Below are positions 1-13,993 of a stretch of 63,909 nt of DNA, piece after piece. A program made the position numbers and the translations under genes. The DNA comes from Octopus bimaculoides (taxonomy: Eukaryota). The notes beneath the pieces were generated by a model, which saw only the letters and a program-made list of their open reading frames with translations, searched no databases and had not been told where the DNA came from. Each line of letters opens with the position of its first letter. Position 1 is the first letter of the stretch. The DNA lies in contig NC_068981.1 of the NCBI RefSeq assembly GCF_001194135.2, positions 151,966,913 through 152,030,821 of the forward strand, read 5' to 3'.

Positions 1-159
1 GGTTGGCGTTAGGAAGGGCATCCAGCTGTAGAAACTCTGCCAAATCAGACTGGAGCCTGGTGTTGCCATCCGGTTTCACCAGTCCTCAGTCAAATCGTCC
101 AACCCATGCTAGCATGGAAAGCGGACGTTAAACGATGATGATGATGATGATGATGATGA

Positions 160-162
<3 letters not shown>
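1..162 (+). mobile_element. RTE-LINE 3'-tail / SINE-like repeat with (GAT)n tail
   Basis: Same sequence as the 3' ends of the RTE copies (17910-18070, 28460-28610) and of 44780-44930. Further degraded copies near 4050, 11590 (-), 43800 (-) and 55440. Confidence 0.8.
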
Positions 163-202
<40 letters not shown>

Positions 203-575
203 AATATATGCATATCTATCTATTTCTCTCTCTCTATATATATATATAGAGAGAGAGAGAGACACACACACACAGAGACAGACAGACAGAAATCTATACT
301 CCTCACTTCTTGTATAATGTTCACAGATTCTGATTTACAAAAGTATGTGGAAGAAGTTTTCAATTCTGTCATCTTATGTTTTATCCTATGTGCTATCTAA
401 GTATATATGCTCCCACTGCTGACTTTCTTTACTTGGCCTATTGCTGCTTTCTGTCCCCTCTTTTACACTTTTCCAATGAGTTGCAGTGCATTTGAGTAGT
501 CTATATGATAAACTCAATAATTTTGTTGTTGTTGTTGTTATTATCATCATTATTATTATTATTATTAATATTAAT

Positions 576-788
576 GCGGCAAGCTGACAGAATCTTTAGC
601 AGGCCAGGCAAAATGCTTAGCATCATTTTATCTGTCTTGGTGCTCTAAGTTCAAATTCCACCAAGGTTGAATTTGCCTTTCATCATCACGAGGTCAATAA
701 AACAGGTACCAGTCAAGTATTGGAGTCAATGTAATTGATTTTTTCCCTCACCCGAAATTGGTGGCCTTGTGCCAAAATTTGAAACCAT
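576..788 (+). mobile_element. tRNA-derived SINE, family A
   Basis: A-box-like aagctgacagaatc, B-box gttcaaattcc, 3' end ggccttgtgccaaaatttgaaacc; many copies in the window. Confidence 0.8.
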
Positions 789-1352
789 TTAATGTAGTTG
801 TGGTGTTTGAAATGGAGGATCGTCAAGACAAAAACTGGATTTTCAAAGCATTATTTCAACAGGGATTATATTTTAATCTGATGTCAGTTAAACAAATGGA
901 AGAGTATGAGGTATCGTTGTCCTTAATCTAACCATGAACATCCAACAAAAACAGCCAATGTTTTCTCTGGTGATGCAAGTGATTGATGCTGAAACTCCTC
1001 AATCCATGATAGCATGGAAAAAACATACTTTTACGTATTTGCTTTTTAAAAAGTTAAAAAATGAAGATCACGATCATGATGTGGAGGAGGAAAGGGAATA
1101 GCAAGGGAGGAGGATACAAGAAAAATCCATCTACTCACTAATACTTAAAACTCATACCGGCTCATTCTTGTATTTCTCCACTTCCTTTTTATGTTTAATA
1201 ATGCTTCTATAATCTTTATTCTACTGAACTATCTGTTACTCACATCTCAATCTACCACTCTACTCCTGTGTCTCATTTTCAAAACCTCCACTAAAAAAAA
1301 GATTCAGCCCCGGACTGCATTGGAATATTTCAGAGAACTTTGTTTTTCATAC

Positions 1353-1412
1353 TTTCAAGGTTAATAAAATGATTGATATATTTGACTGTTGCCTCCTGTG
1401 CCTTTGTGCTGC
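1353..1412 (-). CDS. Candidate small exon (lowest support in the chain)
   Basis: tcttatatag|GC AGC ACA AAG GCA CAG GAG ... CTT GAA A|gtatga; STKAQEATVKYINHFINLE. It needs the second AG (start 1408) to accept a phase-2 exon. Confidence 0.25.
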
Positions 1413-2830
1413 CTATATAAGATTTGTATTTTAAACAAGAAACTGACTGCACAAACCTCACTCCAATTATCTCTCTCCCCACTGAATTAGAGAACTTCAA
1501 CAGCCTACTGGTATGACTGCATCGCCCCTTCAGTCTTACAAATAAAAGTATTCCCTTAGAAAAAGCAATAAACTGTTCTTGTATTTTTTTAAGAAATGAT
1601 AAAATATATAATGTTGATTTAAGCCTTAAAACTATTGATAGAATCTCAATGCAATGAAGATAAGAAGGTAGTATTAAATATCCTTAGGAAAAGATAGAAC
1701 AAGATAAGTGAGTGCTGAAGGGAATTTGTGGTACAGGATTTATTTATATACATATGAACAATACGTGCAAACATCAGTGCACTGCAAATAGAAGAGGCAA
1801 TTAAGAAAAGCAGAAATAGAAATCTCATAACTTGATGTCATATTAGGAAAGATATCTGAAGAAAAACAGGATATCTTTTAATACTTTTATTCTTTATTGA
1901 CTGGCTGGTTTTCATCCTTGGACTGGGGCACTATCATCAAGGGCTTAGTCAATCATATTAATCTCATTACTTATTTAAGTCTATTACTTAGTTGATCAAA
2001 TTCTACTTGTCAAAGGACATACACAGCATGAATACAAACACTGATATGCACACACACACACACACACTCATGTCTTTGAAAATGTGCATGGATAAAACCA
2101 TTCATTATCAGACTTATTTCTGAATAATTTTTGCTAGATACCTTTTGAGATTGAGATCTCAAACGATTTCAGATAATTTTACAATATGTATAGTTGAAGG
2201 CTTGTGATCCAGCAATAACCTGAATGTTTTTGGTATATTTATTTATTATTATGCAGGTTTCAGTCACTGGACTGTGACTATGCAGAGGAATAAACATTCC
2301 AGATTTGGTTGAGTACATAGTCAGCAGGTACTTTATTAGGTACTATTTTTAGCAGCCTATAAAGTAGAAAAGTTGACTTTGGAATAAAGGGAAGTAAATG
2401 TGATGGGACCAAATTACAGAAGATATTTATGTTCAATACTTTGATTCTGCCACTATCTGCTGATCTATCTCTGTGTGTGTGTGTATATATATATGGGAGA
2501 ATATACAAAAAATAACAACAGACGAGGACAGGTGGTGTAAATAACAAAAGTATATATTAGTATGACGCTCGGGAATACGGAAAGTCTTTGACGTTTCGAG
2601 CTACGCTCTTCAACAGAAAGAATACGGAGACAAGGAGAAANNNNNNNNNNNNNNNNNNNNNNNNNNNNNNNNNNNNNNNNNNNNNNNNNNNNNNNNNNNN
2701 NNNNNATATGTATATGTATATATATATATACACACATATATTTACAGGAAGTTGCTTATTCGTATCCATAATACTGCTCTAATGTGTTTAGAGTGTGCTT
2801 CTTTTTCAGATATATCATCCAATGACATTA

Positions 2831-2883
<53 letters not shown>

Positions 2884-4141
2884 GTCTGTCTGTCTGTCTG
2901 TGTGTGTGTGGTTTACTGTTCTGTTAAGGTAGGATCAACAAAAAAAGTACATCGCGTCCAGTGAAAGATAAATATAATTTAATGTACACAGTATTTAAAA
3001 TAAGAGCCACTAATAGTTTTTGCCATAGAGACACTGAGATGAGGGAAATGTATATAACATGCTTTCTTCGGGCAATCTTCAGGCTCAAGACACATGGTTA
3101 GTTCTGTTTGAAAACCAGGACATTGGTACATGAGAAATCATGGTGAAAAATGTAAGGAAATGTGGAATGAGAAGACAAAGGGTGGATGAAAATGGAAAAA
3201 GAAAAGAAAGGAAAGAAAAATTGAGAGTTACGTCCCCTTGGACTGTAGAAATCATTATTAATCTAGCTGGCATGGAAGAATTCAATAAGGAGGAGTCCAA
3301 AAGCCTGCGAGATAGTTATACTCAATTTAAAGAGGGTGGTGTCTTTCAGTTTGACACAAGAAATTTGTCCATGTGCTTGCATTTGCTGGAAATTTTAGAT
3401 CTGGAATTAAGTAATGTGATAGAACTTTGGGATCTAAAAAGCATGCACGACCTTTTAGCTATGCATAAGCTACATCCTTTGACCCATGGTGGTTGCAGTG
3501 GTGCCAGTGAAGATGTCACTGCTGCTGTTATTGTTGCTTAACTCCAGCTTAACAGCTGCAGTTGTTATTGCTTAACTCCAGTTCAACTTTAGCATAATCT
3601 TCAAATTGTTTTTGGACATAGCTATCTAAGATTATATTATCTAATGCATCCAAATTTTTGTAAGATGGTATTGTGAATCAAATGGAAATTTAGATGTTAT
3701 ATCTCGTGAATTGTGCAACCATATTCATGTTCACTCACTAGCACATTTCACATACGTATAACATTGTAGTAAAGAGTTTTTTTTTTTAAATAACAATTTT
3801 CTGTTATTTATAGACAGTCATTTCAGTTCTGAAAGTAAGGCACCTTGTTGAATAGCATTAGCAGTGATGAGTAGGGCACAAGAGTGCAGCTAAATATTCA
3901 AAGTGCCTGACTGTTTAGACAGAACAGTGCTTGCTGTGTTCCCAAGGAGGAGTACAACTTTCTGAAAAACTTTGTGGTTTAAACTGTGACTGAGTTTGTG
4001 GTGATTAACCTCATGCAAAGATGCAAAGGTAGTGTAAGTTTTACACTGACTCGAGTCTGGTGCAGCCTTCCAGTGTGCCAGCCCAGTCAAACCGTCCAAC
4101 CCATGCCAGCATGGACAATGGATGTTAAATAATGATGATGT

Positions 4142-4173
<32 letters not shown>

Positions 4174-4351
4174 AATATGTATGTATGTATGTACATAGGT
4201 GCCAACATGGATGTGTGTTAAGAAGTTCACTTTCCAACCATGTGGATTCAAGTTCAGTCCTTTAGTTTAACACTTGAACAAGTTTCTTCAAGTTTAGCCG
4301 GGACAAAACAAAAACTTGTGAGAGGTGGATAGAAAGTGAGAGAAACCCATC

Positions 4352-4464
<113 letters not shown>

Positions 4465-4764
4465 ATTATCACTATTACCCTCATTTACTGCCCACTATGA
4501 TCTTTGAGGTGTAAGTTCTCTCTATCAGGACTGGCCTGGCCATAAAACTTAACAGTGGCATCAAGAACAACTATAACAACATCAACAACAACAGCAATGA
4601 CATCAATGACAACAGTAAGAAGAGACAAAATTAATAACTACAGCTGCAACAAGAAAATCTTGAGGTTATCAGTGCAGCACAATCAAGGTCATAGCATTAC
4701 ATGAAGAAGTCGACAATTTGTGTGGTATTCAAAAGGGTATATTTATATCATCAATTAAGCTTAC

Positions 4765-4868
4765 TCTTTAGGATCAAGAAATGCTTCAGCGCTAATCAAG
4801 TATCGATTTTCTCTATAAGAAAACAAACCATTGTACATCCAAGTGCTGCTCTCATATCTTATAATAAC
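4765..4868 (-). CDS. Candidate exon of an unidentified minus-strand gene
   Basis: ttcaggcag|GTT ATT ... CCT AAA GA|gtaagc; 104 nt, open, phase 0 to 2; VIIRYESSTWMYNGLFSYRENRYLISAEAFLDPK. An alternative acceptor ttttcttatag would give a 48-nt phase 2-2 exon. Confidence 0.4.
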
Positions 4869-5678
4869 CTGCCTGAACAAACTCAAAATATAAGAAAGGC
4901 TATACAGTAAGTGGTTTCTTTTTCTGCTATAAATGAGAGAAATACCTTTCTCTCAGCAATTTAATATGATTCAGACCAGATTGCAGCAAAAATAATTTTC
5001 ACCTGAGGAATTTTGTTTTTATGATAATGACTTACATCAACAACAATAACACTCAAGAGTACTACCAAATCAATGAGCTAAGTTAATATAAATATCCTCC
5101 TCACACACATCAGTTGGTCTTTCCACTTAAATCAGTATCTGCTCAGGTGCTATCAAACAAACCCAAGAAAATCAATCTAAGTGATGGGGGCAACAATACT
5201 TTCATCATAAAGGTGTTCAATCATCGTTGGCCTGGAACTAAACAACAACAATTATAAGTGTTTCAAGTCAACATGAAATCTTGTATGTTAGTGTCTTTTA
5301 CCCCTTCCCCTCTGTCATTTACCACTCAGTTTGAGGAAATCTGCCTTTTATGTTACATGTAACAACACAGACTAAATCATTTGTATATGTAAAATTTATA
5401 GAAATGTGATGTACTGAATACCATAAACAAAAAATTCCTAATACAGTGAAATTTCCTTTTCAGTTAGAGAAAGGAAACAAAAACCTAGCATGATTTGTTT
5501 TTGATGCCCAAAGAAAAAAGGAGATAACTTCAAGAAATGACAAATTAATCTTTCAAACTTAATTTGCTAAGAAGAAATACTCATGTTGCTGTCAGTATGC
5601 TATCATCAAGATAGTGTGTTAGCACTAATGCACACACACATGCACATACACACACATACATATACAAACGTATACATA

Positions 5679-6526
5679 TGAGGTCTGATCAATAAGTGAA
5701 GCCACTTGACACATTGACTTTGACCTCTGCTGTTTATGTACACTAAGTTTTAACGTTCTAGCTCACTTCCGCTGTTTACAGCAGTGCTTCAAAGTAACAT
5801 GTGTAACGTGTGATCATTACATTGACCATGACAGAGAAAGTTGTCATGGTGATACCTGCTTAGAGGCCAATGCAAAGTTGTATGGAGAGGAGTATATAAG
5901 CTGCACACAAGTGTATTAGTGGTTCAGATGTTTCCAAGATGGCCAAAAAATGTTGAAAGTGACGAACGTTCTGGGGATCCACAACCAGCAGAACTGAGAA
6001 AAACATCACAGATGTGCGTGCAGCTGAGAGGGAAATCATCAAATAAACATCCATGAGTTATCAGAAGATGTGCAGATTAGTTACAGTCCAGTTCAGTTCA
6101 TTATCACTGAAGATTTGGATATGAGACACGTATCTGACAAGTTTGTGCCAAAACTGCTTTCAGCTGACCAAAAAGATGCTCGGGTTTCAGTTCCACAAAA
6201 TCTCCTTGATTGTGTCGAGAACAATGAAAACTTTTTGAAAACTTTGTGTAGGCTTCTCATCAAGCTTTTGGCTATCATCAAGCTTTTGGCTATCATCAAG
6301 CTTTTGGCTATCATCAAGCTTTTGGCTATCATCAAGCTTATGGTAAAATTTGATGCAGATTCTCTGATCAACTATCTCTGTCATGGTCAATGCAATGAAC
6401 ACATGCAACACACTTTCCTTCCAAGCACAGCAGAGTTCAAGATCAATCTGTATCAAGTGGCTTTACTCTGCATGCTTTAGCTTCGTTACTATGGCAACAG
6501 TCCGGATACTTATTGATCAGACCACA
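5679..6526. mobile_element. Non-autonomous mariner derivative built from two inverted 5' ends
   Basis: 19-bp TIR TG(A/T)GGTCTGATCAATAAGT with 1 mismatch, flanked by TA. Plus-strand transposase remnant ...DLDMRHVSDKFVPKLLSADQK. The minus-strand arm re-encodes the N-terminus MTEIVDQRICIKF. Confidence 0.8.
6258..6339. repeat. 18-bp tandem repeat (catcaagcttttggctat) x4.5 at the mariner foldback junction
   Basis: Directly visible; produces the KLLAII / KLDDSQ pseudo-ORFs. Confidence 0.95.
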
Positions 6527-9496
6527 TATGTATGTATGTATCTATTTATCTGTTTATGCCTACATGCATGCATGTATGTATGTATGTATGTATGTATGTA
6601 TAAGAAATTCTTTCTCTTCAAACTANNNNNNNNNNACTATGGCAACAGTCCGGATACTTATTGATCAGACCACATATGTATGTATGTATCTATTTATCTG
6701 TTTATGCCTACATGCATGTATGCATGCATGTATGTATGTATGTATGTATGTATAAGAAATTCTTTCGCTTCAAACTAAATAAATAAGATATGAAAAAGTT
6801 TTGTATTACTGACTCAATCAACAGTTGAAATCATGTTATCATGATTGAAGTTAACATTTATTTCGTCTAAGTTTTATAAGTACTGACATAGTTGTGGGTT
6901 TAAGAAGTTCATTGCATGATCAGGTGATTCTAGATTCAAGTCCACTATGCTTTAAGTAAATCTCATCTAGTATAACCTTCAATTGATCTAAGCTTTGTGT
7001 GAGAAATTCTGTAAAGAGAAAGAGTGTGGAAGCCTTTCAGATGAACTGTAGCTATTCTTAAACAAACAGTAGACTTACTTAACCTGTCACTCACTTTAAC
7101 ACCACTACCTGGCTTTTAGGCATCTTTAGAAATATTCATTTTCTCCTCAGACCTAAAGGTTTCTGTGGCCAGGGCTTATCCAAATCTTTTAGTAATTTAA
7201 GCTGAAAGTGCAAAACGTCCCACTAACTGGAACACCCATCTACCATAGCATACTTATTTTCAACTGAGTATACTGAAGCAATACGAAATGAATGGCTTCT
7301 CTCTAAGACACCATGTACCACACAGTACCACCCAATCAGAGAATTAAATGTAAACTAATGATTGTGAGCCCAACACCTTACCTTCTAGGTCATGCACCTT
7401 CACAATATCCATTTACTTGCAAGAATTCAGATCTGGTCTGTGGTCTAAAGATATATAATTCATGCTATTTTACTTGTATTCTTCTACCAGCCTAGAAAAC
7501 CCAGAAAAATGTTTGTGACTGCCATGCTAACCTTTCTTACACTAAATCATTAAAAGAGAAAAATGATATGCATCTTCTATCTGGTTGGAAATAGATACCA
7601 CTTTGGCTCATGTTACAAAATGTTTGGCCTAGTAAATCATACAGTGGTTATAAATTCCAGAGCTATCCAATTTAGTATCACTATGAGTACTTAGGATAAT
7701 ATTATCACATGAATGATAAGACATTAGACTTATTATACAGATAACGCATTCTAACATTCTTGGAATAAAACATGATAATAAGAATGCTATATTAGAAAGT
7801 CTTCAAAATATCTAACAATTTAGGAATGTCAGTTAAATTAAAATGTATAAGAAAATGATATTTGATTAAAATAACAGATTAAAGCTTCTTCCAAGCTTTT
7901 ACAGATAATACACATTTATTTGATAAGTGTTAAGCAAATTTATATATCAACAGAAGTAAAAGGTTGTTTAGGCCCAGATAAGCCTTGGCTGAGCAGATCT
8001 GTAATCAACTATGACCCTCGTATCTTGTTCTGTATATAGAACTTCATTTTTAAGAAAGGAGTGTGTAATTTAAGGGAATTTAGCTACTGTATATAATGGG
8101 GCAAGGGACTGCATAGAGGCTCCTTCATTGGCTGGAATCATAATATATGGCTTAAACTAATAATAGTTTAGAAATATAATAGAGATGAATATTGAAGCAC
8201 ATGTTAAGAGAACATTTTCAAGATCACCTAACAAACAAACAAAAATATCTGAATATTGAATGGAATTTACATTACCATTTTACATCCACTTTTCTATGCT
8301 GGTATAGATCAGATGGGTCATTATGGTTTCAGTCAGTTCTTGGAATTACTTCTCTTTACATTTTGGCATGGTTTCGATGACTGAATACTGTTCTTATTGC
8401 CAACTACTTTACAAAGTGTACTAGGGTCATCTTATCATGACCTTAGCACCAGAGAGATTTCCTTTCCCCTGCCCCAAATTTAAAGACTGCTTGCTACCCT
8501 ACATTACTTCTGTCCATTTGTTCTTGTCTTTTCTATTGTGAACGTTTAACTGCCACTCAAGTATCAGATAACAGCCACAATAGAGTATTGCTCTTACATT
8601 TGCTGTTTCATACACAGACATCTTAGGCCACATCCAGAGAAGTATTGTGTGTCTTATTTGCATAAAATCACTCACAGACATGCTCCAACCTCTAACCCTC
8701 AAGTGTGCTGTCCATATATTTACAGTTTATACTACAACTATTACAGCTTTTATTCCTTGAAGCTGGCTTAGCTCAAGCCTCCTCCACACAGCCATTTCTG
8801 TTCTACTCTTCTTCTTTTAAGAAGCTTGTTATGTCCAACTCCATCCCCACCTCTGGCCTTGTACTAATTACTACACTCTGTCTTTCATTCTCAGATTATT
8901 AGCCCTCTGGAATTTTTTTCTTCAGTCATATCATTGTCACTGGTGTTGACTTAAGAAGGGTTCAAGAGAAGCAATAATGGCATCAATCCCACCAGTCCAG
9001 GAGGGAAGGCATAAGCTATGGGCACTGCCCCTTCTTCCAGCAAGTAGCAAGTAAAGTAAAACACAACTGGGTGAGATGAAAGCCATAACAAGACCGGTGA
9101 TAAAAGAAAGAGTGGTAGATGAGAATCAGAGTGATATAGCAAGAGGGTATTAGTGAAGATAGAACAATGAAAGAGAGAGAGAGAGAGAAACAGGCGGACA
9201 GAGAGAAAGAGGGGGGAAGATAAAGAGAAAGATTGAGAGGAAGATGGACAGAGAATTGTAGAAAGAGTGAAAGACGGTTACATGATGGTTGTCAGTAAAT
9301 AGAGGAAAGATGGAGAAAAAGGAAATAAAGGAAGATATAAAAGTACAGTTCTTAACATGGGAGGCAAAACTGATTATCTTTATGACAAAATTTCAGTTTT
9401 TTACTTTTACAACTTTGTCATTTTGCCGTAAATGGTTACTGTGAATTACATTCATTCAAATTTTACAATACTACAGGACTGCTACATTGTTCTTAC

Positions 9497-9530
9497 ATGG
9501 TCTCTATCTAGCCGCATTAGTTGCTTTCTA
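9497..9530 (-). CDS. Candidate small exon of an unidentified minus-strand gene
   Basis: ttttctag|T AGA AAG CAA CTA ATG CGG CTA GAT AGA GAC CAT|gtaaga; phase 2 to 0; RKQLMRLDRDH. Confidence 0.35.
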
Positions 9531-10249
9531 CTAGAAAACTTTTAGTCTTAATCAATTCTACAGCAAACTTATTGAAAAAATATCAAAGACAATCAAATAT
9601 GCCTCTTATTCAACAGTATTAAAACTGGTGTAGATACAAATGCGATAAAAATGCATTTCTAATGATAACAACAGAAGATCCATTATCTAACAGAAGTATA
9701 TGACAAAGTTAGAAGTTACAACAAACTGTAAAGAAAAGAAAAGTTCTATGACTGCAAGAAAAAGAAGAAAGATGATCAGCAATATCATTGTTAGTGTATG
9801 TGATGTGAACTAAGATAAAAATACATATCATCACCCTAATGTTCTGTAAGAAAAAAAAAGCAAGAAATGTAAGGAAAATATAGTTAGGGTATATTTTTAT
9901 TTTTATAACTAGTAATTTATTCTTTTAGCACTTTTATGCAGAACACACATGTCTGGTATCTGAGTCACCAGGGAATATGTTATTCTGAAAATATCTTATG
10001 TAGATTACTATCACAAGCATATTAAAAAGAGTATTCAAGCAAGGGAAGATAACATTTGTTTTATACAAATCTTTTACTTTAAATGTTTAAAATTTGGCTA
10101 TTTCAATCATTTACTCTTAACAATTATGAAAAAAAAAAGCACCACAGGGAAAAGAAACAGCAAAAAGAAAGTGAAAGAGGATTAGAAAAAGAAGGGAGAG
10201 ACAAAGAGAGAGAACAGTGTAATATTTATTTGTAAATTAACATGTTCTC

Positions 10250-11050
10250 TCAGACAACACTCAATCAGTTCTTGTGTTCCTTAGTGTTTGATCTTGTGCC
10301 CCACTCTTTCCTTCTATACATCAAAGATCGACTTGCTGCCACATCAAGCAATGCCCACTCTTATGTAGATGACATGACTCTTTATCTCATTGTAATCTTC
10401 CTTAACTATTATCCACAACCCAAAAACTATATCTCAAAATTACAAGACCTTGAGAACATCCACCAGTGAGGCCATACAAACCTTGTCATCATCACACTAC
10501 AAGAGACCTCACAGTTTCTCCAAATGCTGGGCCTTACTGTCACCAATGATCCCCCTTAGTGAAAGCTCATTCTTAGCACAGCTAGAACTGCATCCTAAAG
10601 GCTAACCCTCCACTTTAGGGTCAAAACATATTTCAGCCATAGTAGTTGACATTCTACAAGGCTCAAGTGAAGTCCACAGTGAAATGTTGTGCTCATATCT
10701 GGGATGATGCTATTGCTATGTACACTCACATCAAGGATCATATCCAGAGAAGAGCCACGTGACTAATTCACACTTTTTTACTATAGGACACACTCCAGCC
10801 TCTGGCCTACAAGAGCACTATTTCCTCCATCTGTTTTTACTATTGCTACTATAATGATTTCTACTCCTTGGAGATGGCTGGTCTAATAAGTCCATTCTCA
10901 TCACTTGTGAAATATTCTCTCCCACTTTCCTCTCACTATCAAACCACAATGCCCAATTCTTTATCCCAGAACACCAACCGTCTGGAATCTCCTTCTCGCT
11001 CATGTCTTTCCTACAGATTTTGACCTACAACTATTAAATGGAACACTGAC
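10250..11050 (+). mobile_element. Decayed CR1/Jockey-group LINE, RT C-terminal and 3' fragment
   Basis: ...LVPHSFLLYIKDRLAATSSNAHSYVDDMTL resembles the PxLFLLYINDL...YADD RT motifs; frameshifts and stops follow. Confidence 0.65.
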
Positions 11051-11520
11051 GTCATCAGTCATCAATCTCACTAGTCTCTGTGGGCATGCAAGAGTTATGC
11101 AGTCTTCTCCTACTTCAGCAAGTAAAGAAGAATAAAACCTAGCAGATAATTTTTGATACTTGCCCGTAACTAATTCAGAGCACCCATGTATTATTATTTA
11201 AGCATATTAATTATGATTTCTAATATGGGTACAATACTACAACATTGCTACAGGATATAGTCAATTATTTCAACCCTGATACATGACTGATACTTTATAC
11301 ATTATTCTATCAATCCCTGAAGGATGAAAGCAGCATCAACTCTGGCAGGATTTGAACTCATAATGTAAAGGGCTGTAAATAAATGCTACCAGGAATTCTG
11401 TCTGAATGCCCTGCACAATATACTAGTTAAATTTCTCTCCATAAAACTCTCTTTTGTTTGTATAAATGTGTTCTCAACTTCTAAACATTGGTTAATGGGA
11501 ACATGATAAAAGCACTTGCA

Positions 11521-11564
<44 letters not shown>

Positions 11565-12713
11565 CATATGCATGTGTGTCTGTGTATGTGCATAATCATC
11601 ATCATTATTTAAGATTTGTTTTTCACGCTAGTATGGATTGAAAGGTTTGACAGGATCCAATGAGTTGCAGGGTTATGCCAAGCTCTAATGTCAGCATTGG
11701 AAAAGTTTCTTTAGCTGGATGCCTTTCCTAATGCCAACCACTTCACAGTTTGTTTTGGGTGATTTTTTTCTATTTTTCATACCACTGACACTAGCTAAGT
11801 TGCCAAGTCACTTGCAAGGCAGAAAAAGAACAGAGAAAAACATAAAGGAAAAAGATCCTACAACTAAGAGGGAATGGGGGATATGATTTTATGCCAAGTG
11901 TTGAAGAGCTAAGTTATGATAGAGGGACAAGCATAGATATCTTGCTATAGAGGGGATACAAGGTTACCATATATTATAGAGAGAGGAGGGTGGGAGAAGT
12001 TGAGAGAGAGATGATGCAAGCACATTTACAGCACTTCACCCTCTCTACTCTAGAGGGACTCACAGCTAAAACTTATACAAACTCCACAAACTACACAAAT
12101 CACAATTTGTGAATAACAATCATGCTTATCATATTTTTGTAACATAACCATTATACCTCAGAGATTAGACTTTCTGTGGCCATAAATTCTAAATCTTTAT
12201 CATTAAGGCAAAGATTCACATGGCTCTAAATACTACTCTCACTGAAATCAAAACGATGCATTCTCTCTTCCAGCATTTTCTCATCCCTGTTGTGCCACAC
12301 TCACAAATCTCTACACTAAACACTTTGTTCAAACATTTACCTATAAAGCCCTATTTATTAATTTTTCCCTAACAATATTAACCTGCAGAAATTTAAACTA
12401 AATTTCACTAGTCTGTGACAACCTACAAAGGCTATGTGTACTACCCATCCCTTCTAGACTAACAGTTTAAGAAGTTGCATACTCAAAATAAAGGTAGGTA
12501 TCTCACACTCAACCACTGAGATATTCATCAAAAGTGAAAAAATTGAAATTATATATGTAAGAATGTAAACAAAATAGTAAAATTAAAAACTAGAAACAAC
12601 TTTAAATAAACAACTTCCTCTTACATAATAACTAAAGAGAAACAACAACAGCCAGCAACAACGAAGCAATTAATATTACCATCTTTGTTAAGAAAATTCA
12701 AGAAATTACATAC

Positions 12714-12750
12714 TTGAATCCAAATTCAAAAGATTGTACTCCTACACAGT
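12714..12750 (-). CDS. Candidate small exon of an unidentified minus-strand gene
   Basis: ttattctcag|AC TGT GTA GGA GTA CAA TCT TTT GAA TTT GGA TTC AA|gtatgt. Only the phase-1 frame is open (xCVGVQSFEFGF). It ends in phase 2, compatible with 9497-9530. I recognise no homology. Confidence 0.35.
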
Positions 12751-13993
12751 CTGAGAATAATTGAACATTTTTACTATAGTTGCCAAATGGCAATTAAATC
12801 TAGTCAGGATGCTCTTTTAAGATAGAGGAGTATAACTTGGCCAAAATAAATATTTTTATCTAAGAGTAAAACCAGACAGTACTGTAAAACAGACATCAAA
12901 CATTGTAGTTTACATCTAACTGTTTGCCATATTGTTGATGGTATACTCTAATGGTAATTTTAAATCCATGATGATGATGATGATGATTACATGTGTGAAG
13001 TAAATACAAGTTTTGTGTAAAGAATTTCCTGCAAAACTATAAATCATAGTTTTTGCATTATATTAACATTTATATTGTTTATACTGTCAGGATACTGGAG
13101 TGTATTTTAAAGGACTATATATGATTGTATATTATTAAATGCTACCAGCAATTTTATTACTTCAGAAACGAACAATTTACTTTTGCATCTTTTACATGTC
13201 AGAAGCTACATTTGAAAAATAATAATACATAGGATAGAACATTCTAATGAAATTATCAACTAAATACAGCCAAAAGTTATTTGAATTGATGGTATTTCAT
13301 AATTTTGTGATTTAAATTTTCTGTCTAGTGTATGACATTGGGTTTTCTCCATTTCATATCTGGAAGATCTTTCAACAAAAACTTCTTAATATACTCAGCC
13401 TTATCAAATGTTATTGACTAAACAACATATTTATAAACTCTGCTTTGTTAATCACTAGAACATTCAAATACTGTTCAAGATCTTCAGCACTCTCTGGATT
13501 CAGAGAGTAACCAATGAGCAATTCCATTGGACCCCTGCCCCCATCTCATCCTCAGTGACAAACAAAATAGCAAAATGACTACTACAATTTACCAAGCGCA
13601 GTTTATTGGAGCTACCCAATAGCCAAATCATCATCTGGGAACTGACTATGGGCATCCTGATGGAATACAGTGATGCCACAACTACTGATCCACTTAGGAC
13701 ACTGATGCTGAAATGGGGTATGTAATATACATTATATCTATCTAAAATAAGTGCAATGTAGCTTTGTCAAGTACACCAGTGATAGGAATTTTATTGATGT
13801 CAGATATTCCTTCGATATTTTTCAGCACAAATGGAGAATGTTTTATTTACTTTCAGCTAGGTATCATATTCTTTGATGTATTGAAAGTTGGCCCAATAAA
13901 CTCTCAGATTCATGATAACACTCTGTTTTGTATTGCCTTAAAATATAATATATTGCTTGAAATAGTTAATCAATATTGATATTTAAATACTTT

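Noticed and set aside
576-660. A-box/B-box motifs suggesting tRNA genes (also 18600-18660 and 24300-24370)
   Set aside because: They are heads of multi-copy SINEs; I see no cloverleaf or anticodon arm.
3085-3541. 133-aa plus-strand ORF similar to an ORF at 18750-18947
   Set aside because: The two segments are diverged copies of a dispersed repeat (probably an antisense LINE fragment), not a gene family.
6070-6480. ORFs with KLLAII or KLDDSQ peptide repeats
   Set aside because: Translations of the 18-bp DNA repeat inside a dead mariner, not real repeat proteins.
6488-6775. Duplicated mariner right end plus microsatellite on both sides of a 10-N gap
   Set aside because: A near-identical duplication straddling a gap is the typical signature of uncollapsed alleles or contig overlap.
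13171-13205. 25-nt candidate exon (LLTCKRCK) that could also feed phase 1 into 12750
   Set aside because: It shows that microexon chains can be built by chance. With no independent support it is left out of the gene model.
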